Shown one piece after another: positions 10,704 through 21,936 of a DNA stretch of 64,000 bases. Position 1 is the stretch's first letter. Every line of letters starts with the position of its first letter. The notes beneath the pieces are model-generated. The model saw nothing but the letters and a program-made list of their open reading frames with translations. It ran no database searches and was not told the origin of the DNA. The stretch lies in assembly GCA_964252075.1 (NCBI GenBank), contig CAXULY010000001.1, positions 247,787 to 311,786 of the forward strand, written 5' to 3'. The position numbers were made by a program, and so were the translations under genes. The stretch comes from an uncultured Deinococcaceae bacterium. GTDB taxonomy: Bacteria > Deinococcota > Deinococci > Deinococcales > Deinococcaceae.

Positions 10704-11158
10704 TGCCCGCCCTCGCGCAGCTGGGCGAGGTTCTGCCAGAAGGCGTCCGGCGTGACGCCGTTCGCGGCGGGCACGCGGCCGTCCTGAATGCGGTAGGCGC
10801 CCTGCGTGAAGCCCACTAGGGGGTTGTCGAGCTTCCCGGCGTACAGCAGCAGCACCGCCTGCTCACCCGGCTGGAAGGTGGGGGCGTCATCCATGCCGGC
10901 CAGCAGGTACAGCGCGGGGCGGCCGTCCACCTGCGGAAGGCTGCCGAGGTCACCCGCGAGGGTCCGCGTGACTTTCAGGGGGTACACGGTCCAGGTCTGG
11001 CCGTCCTCGTCGCGCGTGACGGGGGCGTCCAGGCTGGCCTGCACGATCACCTGCGCGCGGCGCGCCTGCTCGGGGAGGGGGTAGGTCCGGACGACCGTCG
11101 CCTGCGCGGCGGCGCTGAGCGCCACGAGCGCCGCCAGGGCGGAACGCAGCGCCTTCAC
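10700..11158 (-). CDS. Hypothetical secreted protein
   Basis: Signal peptide ending AQA; start and stop overlap both neighbours. Confidence 0.75.
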   Translation of the reverse strand: MKALRSALAALVALSAAAQATVVRTYPLPEQARRAQVIVQASLDAPVTRDEDGQTWTVYPLKVTRTLAGDLGSLPQVDGRPALYLLAGMDDAPTFQPGEQAVLLLYAGKLDNPLVGFTQGAYRIQDGRVPAANGVTPDAFWQNLAQLREGGQ

Positions 11159-12225
11159 CGCGAGTCCCCGCTGGTGGACGTGCCGGACGTGCCCGTGGTG
11201 GGGGTGGAGGTGCCGCTCGCCGGGGTGCCCGTGGCGGGGGCGCCGGAGGTCCCCTCGGTGCTGCTGCCGCCCGTCGGGGTGCCGGAATCGCCCGTGGTGC
11301 TGGTCGCGTCGGTGGACGAGGCGGTGGCGCTCGTGCTGTCCGCGCTGGTGCCGGCGCTGCTGCTCGCGGAGGTGCTGGTGGCGCTGGTGCTGGTCCCGGT
11401 GGTGCTGCCGCCCGCCGTGCTGGTGCCCACGCTGCTGGTCGCGCTGGTGCCGGTGCTGCTGGTCGCGCTGGTGCCGGTGCTGCTGGTGCCCACGGCGGGG
11501 GTGGGCGGTGCGGGGAAGTCCTGGTTGCCCACGGATTTGCCGCTGGCGTCGCGGCCCTGGTACGCGACGGGCATGCTGGTGAGCATCACGGGTCGCGCGG
11601 GTTTCAGCATGATCATCGCGACGCGCGCGCCGCTGGCGGGCACCTTCCGGAAGCCGAGGTCCACCGTGAGGAGGCCCGCCCCGCTCTGCTTCCAGAACAG
11701 GATGGGCTCACCGTCGCCCGGCGTGATGGACGCCACGCGCGCGTCGGCGGGCAGCTTCCACTGGAAGCGCGCGGCGGTGGCGCCCTTCGGGTGGTTCACG
11801 ACGAGTGGGATGCGCGACTCACCGACCGGGCCGGTCGGGAGGGTGGGTTTCAGCTCGAAGGTGATCTGCGCGGAGATGTTCACGGAGAACTTCTGCACCT
11901 TGTTCGAGAGGCTCGCGTCACTCGCTTCCAGGGTGAAGTTGTACACGCCCGCCTTGCTGGGTGTGCCGGTGAGCCGCGTGCCGCTCAGCTGCAGGCCGTC
12001 CGGGAGCGCGCCGTCCGAGAGGCGCAGCTGGTAGGGGTTCTGCCCGCCCGCGACCTGCAGGTCCGCGCTGTAGTTCTCGTTCACGTAACCCACGGGGAGG
12101 TTGCTGGTGGAGAAGCGCAGGGCGTCTTGCACGGTCGTGCTGCCCGAGGTGGAGTTCGATCCGCAGGCGGTCAGGACGGCGGCCATGAGCAGCGCGAGGC
12201 TGGGCAGCGCGGGTCGGAGGATCAC
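11155..12225 (-). CDS. Lipoprotein with putative Ig domain, second beta-sandwich (cohesin-like?) domain and Thr/Ser-rich tail
   Basis: Lipobox LTAC; GALPDGLQLSGTRLTGTP.AG.YNFTL Ig-like pattern. Start GTG 12225 inferred because the longer ORF overlaps the M16 gene antisense. Confidence 0.78.
   Translation of the reverse strand: MILRPALPSLALLMAAVLTACGSNSTSGSTTVQDALRFSTSNLPVGYVNENYSADLQVAGGQNPYQLRLSDGALPDGLQLSGTRLTGTPSKAGVYNFTLEASDASLSNKVQKFSVNISAQITFELKPTLPTGPVGESRIPLVVNHPKGATAARFQWKLPADARVASITPGDGEPILFWKQSGAGLLTVDLGFRKVPASGARVAMIMLKPARPVMLTSMPVAYQGRDASGKSVGNQDFPAPPTPAVGTSSTGTSATSSTGTSATSSVGTSTAGGSTTGTSTSATSTSASSSAGTSADSTSATASSTDATSTTGDSGTPTGGSSTEGTSGAPATGTPASGTSTPTTGTSGTSTSGDSR
11431..11487. 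repeat. 24-bp tandem repeat (about 2.4 copies) within the Thr/Ser-rich tail
   Basis: Unit gctgctggtcgcgctggtgccggt, encoding TGTSATSS on the minus strand. Confidence 0.7.
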
Positions 12226-12363
12226 GCGTGGCCCCACAAGGTCGGCAGGAACATGCCGCGAGTGTAGCAGGAGGCCATGAGAGCGATTTTCCAAAGTGCG
12301 GCGCGCGTGCGGATGGTGCACTGGGTGCCGTGTGGGGGCGCATGAGGCTCTAGAATGCGCCGC

Positions 12364-15267
12364 ATGACCGTTCAGGAGAAGGTTCAGCCCGGTGCCCGCA
12401 TCGGGCGCTACACGGTAGAACGCCGCATTGAGGTGCCGGAGATCGCGGCGACCCTGTACCTGCTGCGCCATGAGCTGGGCGCGCGCCACGCACACGTGGT
12501 GCGTGACGACGACAACCTGAGTTTCGGCGTGCTGTTCCCCACCGTGCCGAGCGACTCCACGGGCGTGGCGCACATCCTGGAGCACGTGGCGCTGATGGGT
12601 TCCCAGCACTACCCGGTCTCCGATCCGTTCTTCGCGATGATTCCGCGCAGCCTGAGCACCTTCATGAACGCCATGACGGCGAGTGACTGGACGGTGTACC
12701 CCTTCTCGACGCGCAACGAGCGGGACTTCTTCAACCTGCTGGGCGTGTACCTGGACGCGACCTTCTTCCCGCTGCTGCGCGAGGACAGCTTCCGACGGGA
12801 CGGGCACCGCTTCGAGTTCAAGGACCCGGCGGACAAGACCAGTGAACTCACCATGCAGGGCGTGGTGTACAACGAGATGAAGGGCGCCATGGCGTCGGCG
12901 GGCAGCGTGCTGTACCGCGCGCTCGGCAAGGCGCTGTACCCGGACCTCACGTACGCGAACAACTCGGGCGGCGAGCCACGGGACATTCCGGGCCTCACGT
13001 ACGACAACCTGAAGGCCTTCCACGCGGCGCACTACCACCCGTCGAACGCCTTCTTCTTCACGTACGGGAACCTGCCCATCGAGCGCTTCCTGGAGCCCAT
13101 CGAGGCGCAGGTCATGTCGGCCTTCCAGCCGCACGCGTTGGACGTGAGCATTCCCGACCAGCCGCCCTTTGAGGCGCCGCGGGATGCGGAGGTCACGTAC
13201 CCGTCGAGCGACACGGAGCACGGCGCGCAGGTGCTGGTGGCGTGGAAGCTCGGGTACAGTTTCGACACGTACCAGAACGTGCTGTGGAACGTCCTATCGG
13301 ACGTGCTGCTCGGGAACCCCGGCGCGCCCCTGCACCGCACGCTGATCGAGTCCGGCCTGGGGAGCGCGCTTGCGGACGGCAGCGGGTACAACGACGGCTT
13401 CCGCGAGTCGGCCTTCGCGGCGGGCCTCAAGGGCCTCCCCGCCGGTCAGGCGCGGGCGGTGGAGTCGCTGGTGCTGGACACCCTGCGCCGCATCGCGGAC
13501 GAGGGCATCCCCGACGAGCTGATTGACAGCGCCGTGCACCAGTTCGAGATCGCGCAGAAGGAGGTCAGCAACGCCGGGTACCCCTACGGCCTGAAACTGA
13601 TGTTCCGGGTGCTGGGGCCGTGGCTGTACGGCGGGGACCCCGCGAGCGGCCTGAGCATCGGGGAGGAACTGGAGCGCCTCGCGAAGGAGCGCGCGCAGGG
13701 CCGCGTGTTCGAGCCCATGATCCGGACGCTGCTGGAGAACACGCACCGCGTGACGCTCGCGCTGAATCCCGACCCGGGCCTCGCGGAGCGCCAGGAGGCC
13801 GACGAGCGCGCGATGGTGGCGCGCCTCAGCGCGGACTTCACCGAGGAGGACCGGGACCGCATCGTGACGGAAGCGCTGCGCCTCCAGGCGCTGCAGGAGC
13901 AGCCGGACGACACGGACGCCCTGCCCACCCTGAGCGTGGAGGACATCCCCGCTGACGTGGCGCGCCCCGAGTACAGCGTGGCGCAGGAGGGTCACGTGAC
14001 GGTCGGGCGGGTGCCGCAGCCCACCTCGGGCCTCGTGTACCTGGACGTGCAGCTGCGCCTCGATCACTTCACGGACGAGATGCTGGACGCCTTGCCGCTG
14101 TACGCCTACGCCCTCACGCGTTCGGGCGTGGCGGGGCAGGATTACGTGGCGCTGGCGCAGCGCATCGAGGCGGTGTCGGGCGGCGTGAGTGCGGGCGCGG
14201 GCGTCGGGACGGGCCCGGAGCGCCTGGATGACCTGCGCCCGAGCTTCACGCTGGGCGGCAAGGCCCTCTCGCGCAACGCGGGCGCCTTCGTGGCGCTGGT
14301 GCGCGACCTGCTGACCGCGCCGGAGTTCACGGCGGAGCGCCTCACGGCCCTGGTGCGCCAGCGCGTGAGCGGCCTGAAGGCCGCGGTGGTCGGGAACGGG
14401 CAGGCCTTCGCGGGCCGCCTCGCGGGCGCGCAGGTGAGCCCGGCGGGCGCGCTCGACGAGCGGCAGGGCGGCCTCACGCACCTGCACTGGCTGCAGGGCC
14501 TGGAGGGCGAGCGCCTGGAGGCGACCCTCGCGCTGTTCGCGGCGATCCAGCGGGCGCTGCTGACTTCGCCCGCGCGCGTGTGCCTGACCGCCACGCCGGA
14601 GGACGTGAACCTCGACCTCTCCCCCATCACGAGCGTGATCGAGGCGCCCGCGCAGGCCACGCCCTTCCAGGCGGCCCTCGCGCCGCGCGTGCCGCAGGCG
14701 CGCACGGCGGACACCCCAGTGGCCTTCAACGTGCAGAGCTGGCAGACGGTGCCGTACACGCACCCGGACAGCCCCGCCCTGATGGTCCTCAGCCGCCTGC
14801 TGCGCAGCGAGTACCTGCTGCGCGAGCTGCGCGAGAAGGGCGGCGCGTACGGCGCGCACGCCACCTTCGACGCGCGCGACGGGGTGTTCATGCTGGGCAG
14901 CTACCGCGACCCGCACATCGCGCGGACCTTCGAGGTGTACCGCAACGTCGGGGCGTTCCTGGCGGGGGACCTGGAGGCGCGCGTGCTGACGGAGTCCATC
15001 CTGTCCGCCAGCAAGAGCCTCGATCCGCTCACCAGTCCGGACACCGTGGGGCGCCTGCGCTTCTTCGGGGATCAGGCGGGCTACACCCCCCAGGTGCAGG
15101 AGGCGTACAAGGCGGGCCTGCTGGCCGTCACCCTGGAGGACCTGCGGCGCGTGTACCGCGAGCACCTGCAGGAGGGCCAGCCTGCCTTCGCGCTGGTGGC
15201 GGGCCGCGACCCGAACCCGGACACCGAGCGCCTGGGGCTCACCTTTGAGGTGCAGTCCGCGACCTGA
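12364..15267 (+). CDS. M16C metallopeptidase (presequence protease/insulinase family)
   Basis: DSTGVAHILEH (HXXEH), FMNAMT, GVVYNEMKG, LREKGGAYG. TAGAAT lies 7 nt before ATG 12364. Confidence 0.93.
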   Translation: MTVQEKVQPGARIGRYTVERRIEVPEIAATLYLLRHELGARHAHVVRDDDNLSFGVLFPTVPSDSTGVAHILEHVALMGSQHYPVSDPFFAMIPRSLSTFMNAMTASDWTVYPFSTRNERDFFNLLGVYLDATFFPLLREDSFRRDGHRFEFKDPADKTSELTMQGVVYNEMKGAMASAGSVLYRALGKALYPDLTYANNSGGEPRDIPGLTYDNLKAFHAAHYHPSNAFFFTYGNLPIERFLEPIEAQVMSAFQPHALDVSIPDQPPFEAPRDAEVTYPSSDTEHGAQVLVAWKLGYSFDTYQNVLWNVLSDVLLGNPGAPLHRTLIESGLGSALADGSGYNDGFRESAFAAGLKGLPAGQARAVESLVLDTLRRIADEGIPDELIDSAVHQFEIAQKEVSNAGYPYGLKLMFRVLGPWLYGGDPASGLSIGEELERLAKERAQGRVFEPMIRTLLENTHRVTLALNPDPGLAERQEADERAMVARLSADFTEEDRDRIVTEALRLQALQEQPDDTDALPTLSVEDIPADVARPEYSVAQEGHVTVGRVPQPTSGLVYLDVQLRLDHFTDEMLDALPLYAYALTRSGVAGQDYVALAQRIEAVSGGVSAGAGVGTGPERLDDLRPSFTLGGKALSRNAGAFVALVRDLLTAPEFTAERLTALVRQRVSGLKAAVVGNGQAFAGRLAGAQVSPAGALDERQGGLTHLHWLQGLEGERLEATLALFAAIQRALLTSPARVCLTATPEDVNLDLSPITSVIEAPAQATPFQAALAPRVPQARTADTPVAFNVQSWQTVPYTHPDSPALMVLSRLLRSEYLLRELREKGGAYGAHATFDARDGVFMLGSYRDPHIARTFEVYRNVGAFLAGDLEARVLTESILSASKSLDPLTSPDTVGRLRFFGDQAGYTPQVQEAYKAGLLAVTLEDLRRVYREHLQEGQPAFALVAGRDPNPDTERLGLTFEVQSAT

Positions 15268-15277
15268 GGGACCGACC

Positions 15278-15313
15278 AGGGGAGCCCGGCCAGCACTGGC
15301 CGGGCTCCCCTTT
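15278..15313. terminator. Intrinsic terminator-like hairpin between convergent genes
   Basis: aggggagcccggccag / ctggccgggctcccct followed by T run. Confidence 0.75.
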
Positions 15314-15699
15314 CACTTTGGGGTTTCGGGGGGGTCGGTGTACTCCACCTGCCGCAGCACCGTGCCCTCGAAGGCGAGGTCCGCGCGGTACGCGCCGCGC
15401 GTGGGCGCGGGCAGCTTGAAGCGTGCCACGCGGCCCTGCGGGTCCACGAACACCGTGTCCCGCCCGACCTCCTCACTGCCCAGATACCACACGCAGCTCA
15501 GGTAGCCGCTGCTGCGCGCGTCCTGCAGGGTGGCGGTGAGGGTGAGGGTGTCACCGTCGCGCGTGACGCCCACGTCCGCGAGGCGCGTGGGGAAGGTGCC
15601 CTGCGTGAGGGGCGGCACGAGCGGCACGAAGGTGTAGCGGCAGCCCGTGAGGGCCAGCGCGGCGGTGAGCAGCAGGGGCAGCTTGATCAGGGGGTTCAC
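15313..15699 (-). CDS. Hypothetical lipoprotein
   Basis: Lipobox LTGC; translationally coupled to rsmE. Confidence 0.75.
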   Translation of the reverse strand: MNPLIKLPLLLTAALALTGCRYTFVPLVPPLTQGTFPTRLADVGVTRDGDTLTLTATLQDARSSGYLSCVWYLGSEEVGRDTVFVDPQGRVARFKLPAPTRGAYRADLAFEGTVLRQVEYTDPPETPK

Positions 15700-16385
15700 A
15701 CTCCCAGCGCGGCGATGGCGCCCAGCAGGGCCAGCGGCGCGGTCTGTGCGCGCAGGATACGCGGGCCGAGTGTGACCGCCGTGAAGCCGGACGCGGTGAG
15801 CGCCGCGACCTCGTCGTCCGCGAGGCCGCCCTCGGGGCCGGTCACCAGGGTGATGGGCGCGTCCCAGCGCAGGTGATCCATGAGGCGCTCGCGGCTGCCG
15901 GGGTGCGCGACGAAACCCTGGCCCTGCAGCGGGTAGCGGGCGAGCGGCACGGGCGCCTCGACGGGCGGCACGACCGCGCGGCGCGACTGCCGGGCGGCTT
16001 CCTGAGCCACTCGGCGCAGGCGCTCCAGCTTCGTGGCGCCCACCTCCGGCACGTCCGCGAAACGGGTCTGCAGCAGCTGAACGCGCGCCACGCCCAGCTC
16101 GGTGGCGGCGCGCACCACGTCCGCGAGCTTGTCGCCCTTCAGGAGCGCGAGGGCGAGCGTGATGGGCTGCGGGGTCTCGGCGGCGGCATCGGCGGGCGCG
16201 CCGAGCGCCAGGACCGCGCCGCCCTCGTCGAGCCGCGTGAGGGTCGCCTCGGCCTCCCCCCCCGCCCCGTCGAAGACCCGCACGGTGTCGCCCTCCGCGA
16301 GCCTCAGCACCCGCAGGTGCTTCAGTTCGCGCGGCCCGAGGCGCATCTCGTCCGCGAGGGCGGGCACGCGCACGCGGTGCGTCAT
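15696..16385 (-). CDS. rsmE: 16S rRNA m3U1498 methyltransferase
   Basis: [30 protein letters not shown]. Confidence 0.92.
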   Translation of the reverse strand: MTHRVRVPALADEMRLGPRELKHLRVLRLAEGDTVRVFDGAGGEAEATLTRLDEGGAVLALGAPADAAAETPQPITLALALLKGDKLADVVRAATELGVARVQLLQTRFADVPEVGATKLERLRRVAQEAARQSRRAVVPPVEAPVPLARYPLQGQGFVAHPGSRERLMDHLRWDAPITLVTGPEGGLADDEVAALTASGFTAVTLGPRILRAQTAPLALLGAIAALGV

Positions 16386-17167
16386 GGGCGCCGCGCGGTC
16401 AGGAGCGCCCACTCGCCCTCGGTCACGCGCCGCAGGTCCTCGAAGCCCGCGGCGGTCAGGGCGGCCTCCACCTGCTCCAGCTTCTCCGTCAGGATGCCCG
16501 TCAGGATGATGGGCGCGCCGTCCGCCGTGACGCGCAGGTAATCCTCGGCGAGCACCTCGTGCAGTTCCGCGAAGAGGTTCGCGACGAGCACCCCGTAGGG
16601 CGCTTCGGGCTCCACGTCCGCGAGGGTGCCCTCCAGGAACTGCGCGGTGGCGTCCGTCACGCCGTTCGCCCCGGCGTTCTCGCGCGCGACGGGAATCACC
16701 AGGGGGTCGATGTCCACGCCGAGCGCGCCGTCCGCGCCGAGCAGCACCGCCGCGAGGGCCAGCACCCCCGAACCCGTCCCGACATCCAGCACCGTCTGCC
16801 CCCGCAGCGACAGTGCGGAGAGCGCCTCCACCGCGAGGCGCGTGGTGGCGTGGTGCCCCGTCCCGAAGGCCATGCCGGGCTCAATCACCAGCGGGATCTG
16901 ACCGGCGGGCACCTCGTGCGCGAGCCACGGCGGGATGATCGTCACGCGGCCTGCCGTGACGGGCTGCAGGTCGCGCTTCCAGCCTTCCTGCCAGTCCTGG
17001 TCGGGCTCCACCAGCCACTCGCCGTCCAGGCCGAGCGGCAACTCCTCCTCGAAATACGCGCGGACGAAACCGCCGCGCTCCTCCAGGCCCAACGCGCCCG
17101 CCTCCCAGAGGCGTTCCAGGTCAGCCTCGCGGGATTCCAGGGTGCCGTGCAGGCGGTAGATCAACAT
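16382..17167 (-). CDS. prmA: Ribosomal protein L11 methyltransferase
   Basis: [36 protein letters not shown] lies 6 nt upstream of ATG 17167. Confidence 0.93.
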   Translation of the reverse strand: MLIYRLHGTLESREADLERLWEAGALGLEERGGFVRAYFEEELPLGLDGEWLVEPDQDWQEGWKRDLQPVTAGRVTIIPPWLAHEVPAGQIPLVIEPGMAFGTGHHATTRLAVEALSALSLRGQTVLDVGTGSGVLALAAVLLGADGALGVDIDPLVIPVARENAGANGVTDATAQFLEGTLADVEPEAPYGVLVANLFAELHEVLAEDYLRVTADGAPIILTGILTEKLEQVEAALTAAGFEDLRRVTEGEWALLTARRP

Positions 17168-17270
17168 GCGGTGAGTGTAGAGCGGATGCGCGCGCCGCGG
17201 GAGGCCACAGCCCGCGCGCGGCCTCGACAAGCGCCGGGCGCGGCCACGCACCCACCCCTATACTCTGCGC

Positions 17271-18062
17271 ATGAAACTGGCGATCGTGGGCGTGGGCAAG
17301 ATGGGTCTGGCGCTGCTGGAGGGGCTGCTGCGGCGGGGCGTGCTGCCGCCCAGCGACATCGGGATTCTGGACGCCAGCATCGACCGGGCCGCGATGGTGT
17401 CCGAGCGGCTGGGCGTGGCGCGCCTGAACGCCGCGGAGCTCGGGCACGCCTCGCGCATCGCGGTGTGCCTGCAACCGCGCGTGTTCCCCGGCACCATCGA
17501 CTGGCTCGCGCAGCCGAACGTCGGGTACATCTCCACCATGGCGGGCGTGAGCCTCCCGACGCTCGCGCGGCGCCTCGGCACGAAGCGCGTGGTGCGCGTC
17601 ATGCCGAACCTCGCCGCCACCATCGGGCGCGCGCAGACGGCCCTCGCGGGCCCGAAGGAAGCGGTGGACGCCGGCGACCTGGATTTCGCGCGCATGATCT
17701 TCGGCGCGGTGGGGGACGTGTACGAGATTCCCGAGCACCTCTTCAACGCCTTCACCGGCATGAGCGCCTCCGGCCCGGCGTACGCGGCGGTCGTCGCGGA
17801 GGCCCTCGCGGACGGCGGGGTGCGCATGGGCCTCGCGCGGCCCCTCGCGCAGGAACTCGCCGCGAAGCTGCTCGTCGCGAGCGGTGAACTGCTGCTTGCC
17901 CGCCCGCACCCCGCGATGCTGAAGGACGAGGTGGCGAGCCCTGGCGGCACCACCATCGCGGGCCTGGAGGCGCTGGAGCGCGGCGGCCTGCGCTCCGCGC
18001 TCATCGAGGCGGTCGTGGCGGCCACGCGGCGCGGCAGCGAACTCGGGCACGACCAGGAGTGA
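17271..18062 (+). CDS. proC: Pyrroline-5-carboxylate reductase
   Basis: [30 protein letters not shown]. Confidence 0.95.
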   Translation: MKLAIVGVGKMGLALLEGLLRRGVLPPSDIGILDASIDRAAMVSERLGVARLNAAELGHASRIAVCLQPRVFPGTIDWLAQPNVGYISTMAGVSLPTLARRLGTKRVVRVMPNLAATIGRAQTALAGPKEAVDAGDLDFARMIFGAVGDVYEIPEHLFNAFTGMSASGPAYAAVVAEALADGGVRMGLARPLAQELAAKLLVASGELLLARPHPAMLKDEVASPGGTTIAGLEALERGGLRSALIEAVVAATRRGSELGHDQE

Positions 18063-18121
18063 CGGCGGCGCGCCCGGCATTCTTCATGGACAGCCGCGCG
18101 CGCCTGCGGCATCCTGAGCGG

Positions 18122-18667
18122 GTGACATGCCCCTCCCGTCCGCTGGCCCTGCTGCTCGCCCTCACCTCGGGGGTGGCCCTGGCGGCGCCCGCGTACTTCC
18201 CGTACACGCCCGGCACGACTTGGCGGTACAGCAACGGCGAGACGCAGCAGGTGGGGGTGCCGCGCGTCGTGAAGGGCGTCACCGTGACGCCCCTCGCGCA
18301 CGCTTTCGGCGGCAGGACCGTCAGTGAGGACCTGCTGGAGGTCCGCTCGAACGGGGTGTTCCTGCGCGGCGCGCAGAGCGGCGGGCGCCTCACGTGGTAC
18401 GACCCGGCCCTCACGCTGTACCCAGCGGCGCCCCTGCTGCCGGGCATCACGTGGCAGAGCGTCAGCGGGCGCCTTGCGCTGAGCGGGCGCGTGGTCGGCC
18501 AGGAAGCCATTCAGAACGCGGCGGGCGCCTTCAACGCGCTCGTGATCCGCACGGAGGTGAATTCCGGCGCGGGTTCCGCGTCCGCGCAGTTCAGTTACTT
18601 CGTGCCGGGCCTCGGCGTGGTGCGCTTCGTGAGCGCGGGCGGCCAGGCGGTGGACCTGCTGAAGTAA
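18122..18667 (+). CDS. Hypothetical secreted beta-rich protein
   Basis: Signal peptide (ALA), [12 protein letters not shown]...[10 protein letters not shown]. Start uncertain. Confidence 0.7.
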   Translation: MTCPSRPLALLLALTSGVALAAPAYFPYTPGTTWRYSNGETQQVGVPRVVKGVTVTPLAHAFGGRTVSEDLLEVRSNGVFLRGAQSGGRLTWYDPALTLYPAAPLLPGITWQSVSGRLALSGRVVGQEAIQNAAGAFNALVIRTEVNSGAGSASAQFSYFVPGLGVVRFVSAGGQAVDLLK

Positions 18668-18866
18668 CTCAAGGTTGTCGCTCGCGTTCCTGCCGTCCTG
18701 ACCCCTGGCGCAAGGGGCAGCGAAGCAGGGTCCTGGGTGACGGGCATGGTGCGGGCGCGCTCGGGGACAGACGCCTCAGGCTGAACGCGAGTCCAACGGA
18801 GGGGCCCGTCGTTCTCAGTGGGACCGGCCGTCATTGGTGACGTGAGCCCCAGCACGCCATCCGACC

Positions 18867-19526
18867 TTACCGGGGTTGCACCTGTTCGGCGCGTTTGCGG
18901 CGGCGTTTGTACCCCATGATGTCCAGGTACATCTTGGTGCGGTGCTTCACGCCGCGCCAGAAGCCGCGCTTCTCCTCTTTCATGACCTGCGAGACCTCGG
19001 GGAGTTCCACGTAGCCCCAGCGCACGCCCTGGCGTTTGAGGGCGTCCGTGATGGCGGGCTCCGGCCAGCGCTCCTCACCGAGGTGCGGCACGGCCAGCAG
19101 CCACGCGCGGCGGCAGGCGCGCTGCCCGCTGAGGTGCGGCGTCATGCGGTTCCCGAAGTCCGTCATGAAGCCGCCGCCCTCGAACACGCCGATCGCCATG
19201 TCGAGTTCGCCGCGCTCCACGGGCACCAGCAGGCGCGTGAGGTGCTCCTTCGTGAGGCCCACGAGGTCCGCGTCGAGGAGCAGCACCAGTTCCGCGTTCG
19301 TGGCGTTCAGGCCCGCCACCATGGCGGGGCCCTTCCCGATGTTCTCCCGGATGTCCAGCACGCGCGCGCCCGCCGCCTGCGCGACCCGCACGGTGCCGTC
19401 CGAGGAGCCGTTCGACGCCACGATCACCTCAGGGGTGAGTTCCAGCGCCACCCGCACCACATCCGCGATGGTCTGCTCTTCGTTGAACGCGGGAATCACC
19501 ACCGCCAGGCCGGGGTCCTGCATCAT
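18867..19526 (-). CDS. Glycosyltransferase family 2
   Basis: VVIPAFNEE, NGSSDGT, LLDAD (DxD). Confidence 0.9.
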   Translation of the reverse strand: MMQDPGLAVVIPAFNEEQTIADVVRVALELTPEVIVASNGSSDGTVRVAQAAGARVLDIRENIGKGPAMVAGLNATNAELVLLLDADLVGLTKEHLTRLLVPVERGELDMAIGVFEGGGFMTDFGNRMTPHLSGQRACRRAWLLAVPHLGEERWPEPAITDALKRQGVRWGYVELPEVSQVMKEEKRGFWRGVKHRTKMYLDIMGYKRRRKRAEQVQPR

Positions 19527-19663
19527 TCGGAACGCATTCTAACTGGTTTGCCGCGCGCCGCCGCGGTGTCTTAACCGTTCGGCAGGAGCACATGTGCCGC
19601 GCCTACTCCTCCGGAGCGGGCGCGGCGGCGTGACCGTGTGGGCGTGGGCGCGGGTCCGGGCGT

Positions 19664-20767
19664 TCAGAAGAGCCGCACCACGTCGCCCACCACCACGAAC
19701 AGCATGAGAAGCATCACGAAGGCGAGGCCCGCGAAGTTCACCATGCCTTCTTGAGCGGGCTCGAAGGGGCGGCGCCGCACGCCCTGCACGAGAGCCAGCA
19801 GGATGCGCCCGCCGTCCAGTCCGGGGATGGGCAGCAGGTTGAAGTACGCGAGGGACATGTTGATGAGCGCCGCGACGGACACCAAATCCCAGATGCCGCC
19901 CTTCGCCGCCTGCCCGATCACCTTCACGGTACCGACCGGGCCGACGACGTTGCCGTCCCCGCGCACGTCGAGGGACAGCACGCGCGTGAAGAGGCCGCCG
20001 AAGGCCTTCAGCACGTCGGGCAGCGCGGTGCCGGCGGTGCGGGTGGCTTCCGCGACCGCGCCGAGCGCCGTGACGTGCCGCACCGCGGCGTCCGGGCCGT
20101 AGGCCACCCCGAGCTTCTGGCGCTCGCCGTTCACGCGCGCCACCCAGTCAAAGGTCACGGTGCGCGCCGCGCCGCCGCTGCGGACGGTGAGGCTGTGGCG
20201 CCCGTCCGTCGCGAGGGTGTCCTGCAACTTCAGGTACCCGCCCTGCGGTTTGCCGTCCACGGTGTAGCTCTTCGGCAGCGCGCGCCCGTCAATGGCGGTG
20301 ATGACGTCCCCGGCTTTCAGGCCGAGCTGCTGCGCGCGCGAGCCCGCCACCACCTCACTGATCCGCACGCGCTGCGGGAAGGTGTCCGTCACGCCGCGCG
20401 CGCCGAAGTTCGCGCTCAGCAGCACGATGGCGAGCAGCAGGTTCGAGACGGGCCCGGCGAGCATGATGGCGATCTTGCCCCAGGTGCGCAGGCGGGCGAA
20501 GCCGTGGTTGGGCGCGGTGAGCTGGCCGTTCGGGAGGGCGTCCGGCACCATGCCGTCAATCTCGACGTACCCGCCGATGGGCAGCAGGCTCAGGCGCCAC
20601 TCGGTGCCGCGCCACGTGCGTCGCCAGAACACCGGGCCCATGCCCACCGAGTACGCCTTGACCGCCACGCCCTGCGCGCGGGCGGCCCAGTAGTGCGCGA
20701 GTTCGTGCAGCACCACGGCGGTCTGCACGATGATCAGCCAGTAAATGATGTCCAGCAGGGTGTTCAC
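19664..20767 (-). CDS. rseP: RIP metalloprotease RseP (M50, PDZ)
   Basis: HELAH, PIGGYV, PDZ-like region, [11 protein letters not shown]; lies downstream of dxr. Confidence 0.9.
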   Translation of the reverse strand: MNTLLDIIYWLIIVQTAVVLHELAHYWAARAQGVAVKAYSVGMGPVFWRRTWRGTEWRLSLLPIGGYVEIDGMVPDALPNGQLTAPNHGFARLRTWGKIAIMLAGPVSNLLLAIVLLSANFGARGVTDTFPQRVRISEVVAGSRAQQLGLKAGDVITAIDGRALPKSYTVDGKPQGGYLKLQDTLATDGRHSLTVRSGGAARTVTFDWVARVNGERQKLGVAYGPDAAVRHVTALGAVAEATRTAGTALPDVLKAFGGLFTRVLSLDVRGDGNVVGPVGTVKVIGQAAKGGIWDLVSVAALINMSLAYFNLLPIPGLDGGRILLALVQGVRRRPFEPAQEGMVNFAGLAFVMLLMLFVVVGDVVRLF

Positions 20768-21936
20768 GGGTGGATCCTCTCCGGTTGTGCGCACAGCTCG
20801 TGGGCGCGCGCGCGCGCCCAGGTGTCGGTGTCGGTGATGGCGTCCCAGCTGAGGGTGCCGGTGGGCGCGTCGTTCAGCACGCCCTCAATGACGCGCGGGA
20901 TGTCCATGAACCCGATGCGGCCCGCGGTGAAGGCCTCGACCGCGATCTCGTCGGCGGCGTTGAGGGCCACGGGCGCGAGGCCACCCAGCTCACCTGCGCG
21001 GTACGCAAGCGCGAGCGCCGGGAAGCGCGAGAGGTCCGGCTCCCCGAAGTCCAGGCGTGGCGCGAGCGGCCAGCTCAGGTGCCCGGCCACTTCGGGTCCG
21101 CGCGGCACGGGCGTGACGGCGCCGGGCGCGGTCATGCCGACGGGCGCGGCGTCCATGGCGTACGCGATGGCGAGGCGCATGTCGGTCGGCCCGAGCTGCG
21201 CCTTGAGGCTCCCGTCGCGGTACCGGATGAGGGCGTGCACCACGCTCTGCGGGTGCACGCTCACCGCGACCTGCGTGAGCGGCAGACCGTACAGGGAGGC
21301 GCACTCTAGCACCTCCAGGCCCTTGTTGAAGAGGGTGGCGCTGTCGATGGTGATTTTGGGGCCCATGTTCCAGTTCGGGTGGCGCAGGGCCTGGGCGGGC
21401 GTGACGGCGCTCAGGTCGGCGGGGCCTTCCCGGAAGGGCCCGCCGGACGCCGTGATGATGAGCTGCGCCACGTCACCCAGCCGCTCGCCCGCGAGGAGCT
21501 GGTAGATGCCGGTGTGCTCGCTGTCCACCGGCACCACCCGCCCGCCGCCGCGCGCCGCGGCCTCCCAGATGAGCCCGGCGGCCGTCACCATGGCTTCCTT
21601 CGTGGCGAGCGCGAGCGCGCGGCCCGCCTCCAGCGCCGCGCGGGACGGCGCGAGCCCCACGAGTCCGCTCATGGCGTTCAGGATCACGTCGGCGGGCATG
21701 ACCGCCACCTCGCTGGTGTCGGTGGTGAGCGCAACCCCAGGGAACCGCGCGCGCGCCTCGGTGTACAGGTCCGGCGCCACGCGCACCAGTGCGGGCTGGA
21801 ACTCCCGCACCTGGGCGTCCAGCAGGTCGAGGTTGCGCCCGGCGGCGAGCCCCACCACCTGAACGCCGCGCTCGCGCGCCACGTCCAGCGCCTGCGTGCC
21901 GATGGAGCCGGTGGAACCCAGAACGGTCAGTTGCAC
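20764..21936 (-). CDS. dxr: 1-deoxy-D-xylulose 5-phosphate reductoisomerase
   Basis: [37 protein letters not shown]. Confidence 0.97.
   Translation of the reverse strand: MQLTVLGSTGSIGTQALDVARERGVQVVGLAAGRNLDLLDAQVREFQPALVRVAPDLYTEARARFPGVALTTDTSEVAVMPADVILNAMSGLVGLAPSRAALEAGRALALATKEAMVTAAGLIWEAAARGGGRVVPVDSEHTGIYQLLAGERLGDVAQLIITASGGPFREGPADLSAVTPAQALRHPNWNMGPKITIDSATLFNKGLEVLECASLYGLPLTQVAVSVHPQSVVHALIRYRDGSLKAQLGPTDMRLAIAYAMDAAPVGMTAPGAVTPVPRGPEVAGHLSWPLAPRLDFGEPDLSRFPALALAYRAGELGGLAPVALNAADEIAVEAFTAGRIGFMDIPRVIEGVLNDAPTGTLSWDAITDTDTWARARAHELCAQPERIHP

Noticed and set aside
12226..13221. N-terminal extension of the 688-aa ORF
   Set aside because: Antisense to the M16 peptidase; the lipoprotein signal begins near 12225.
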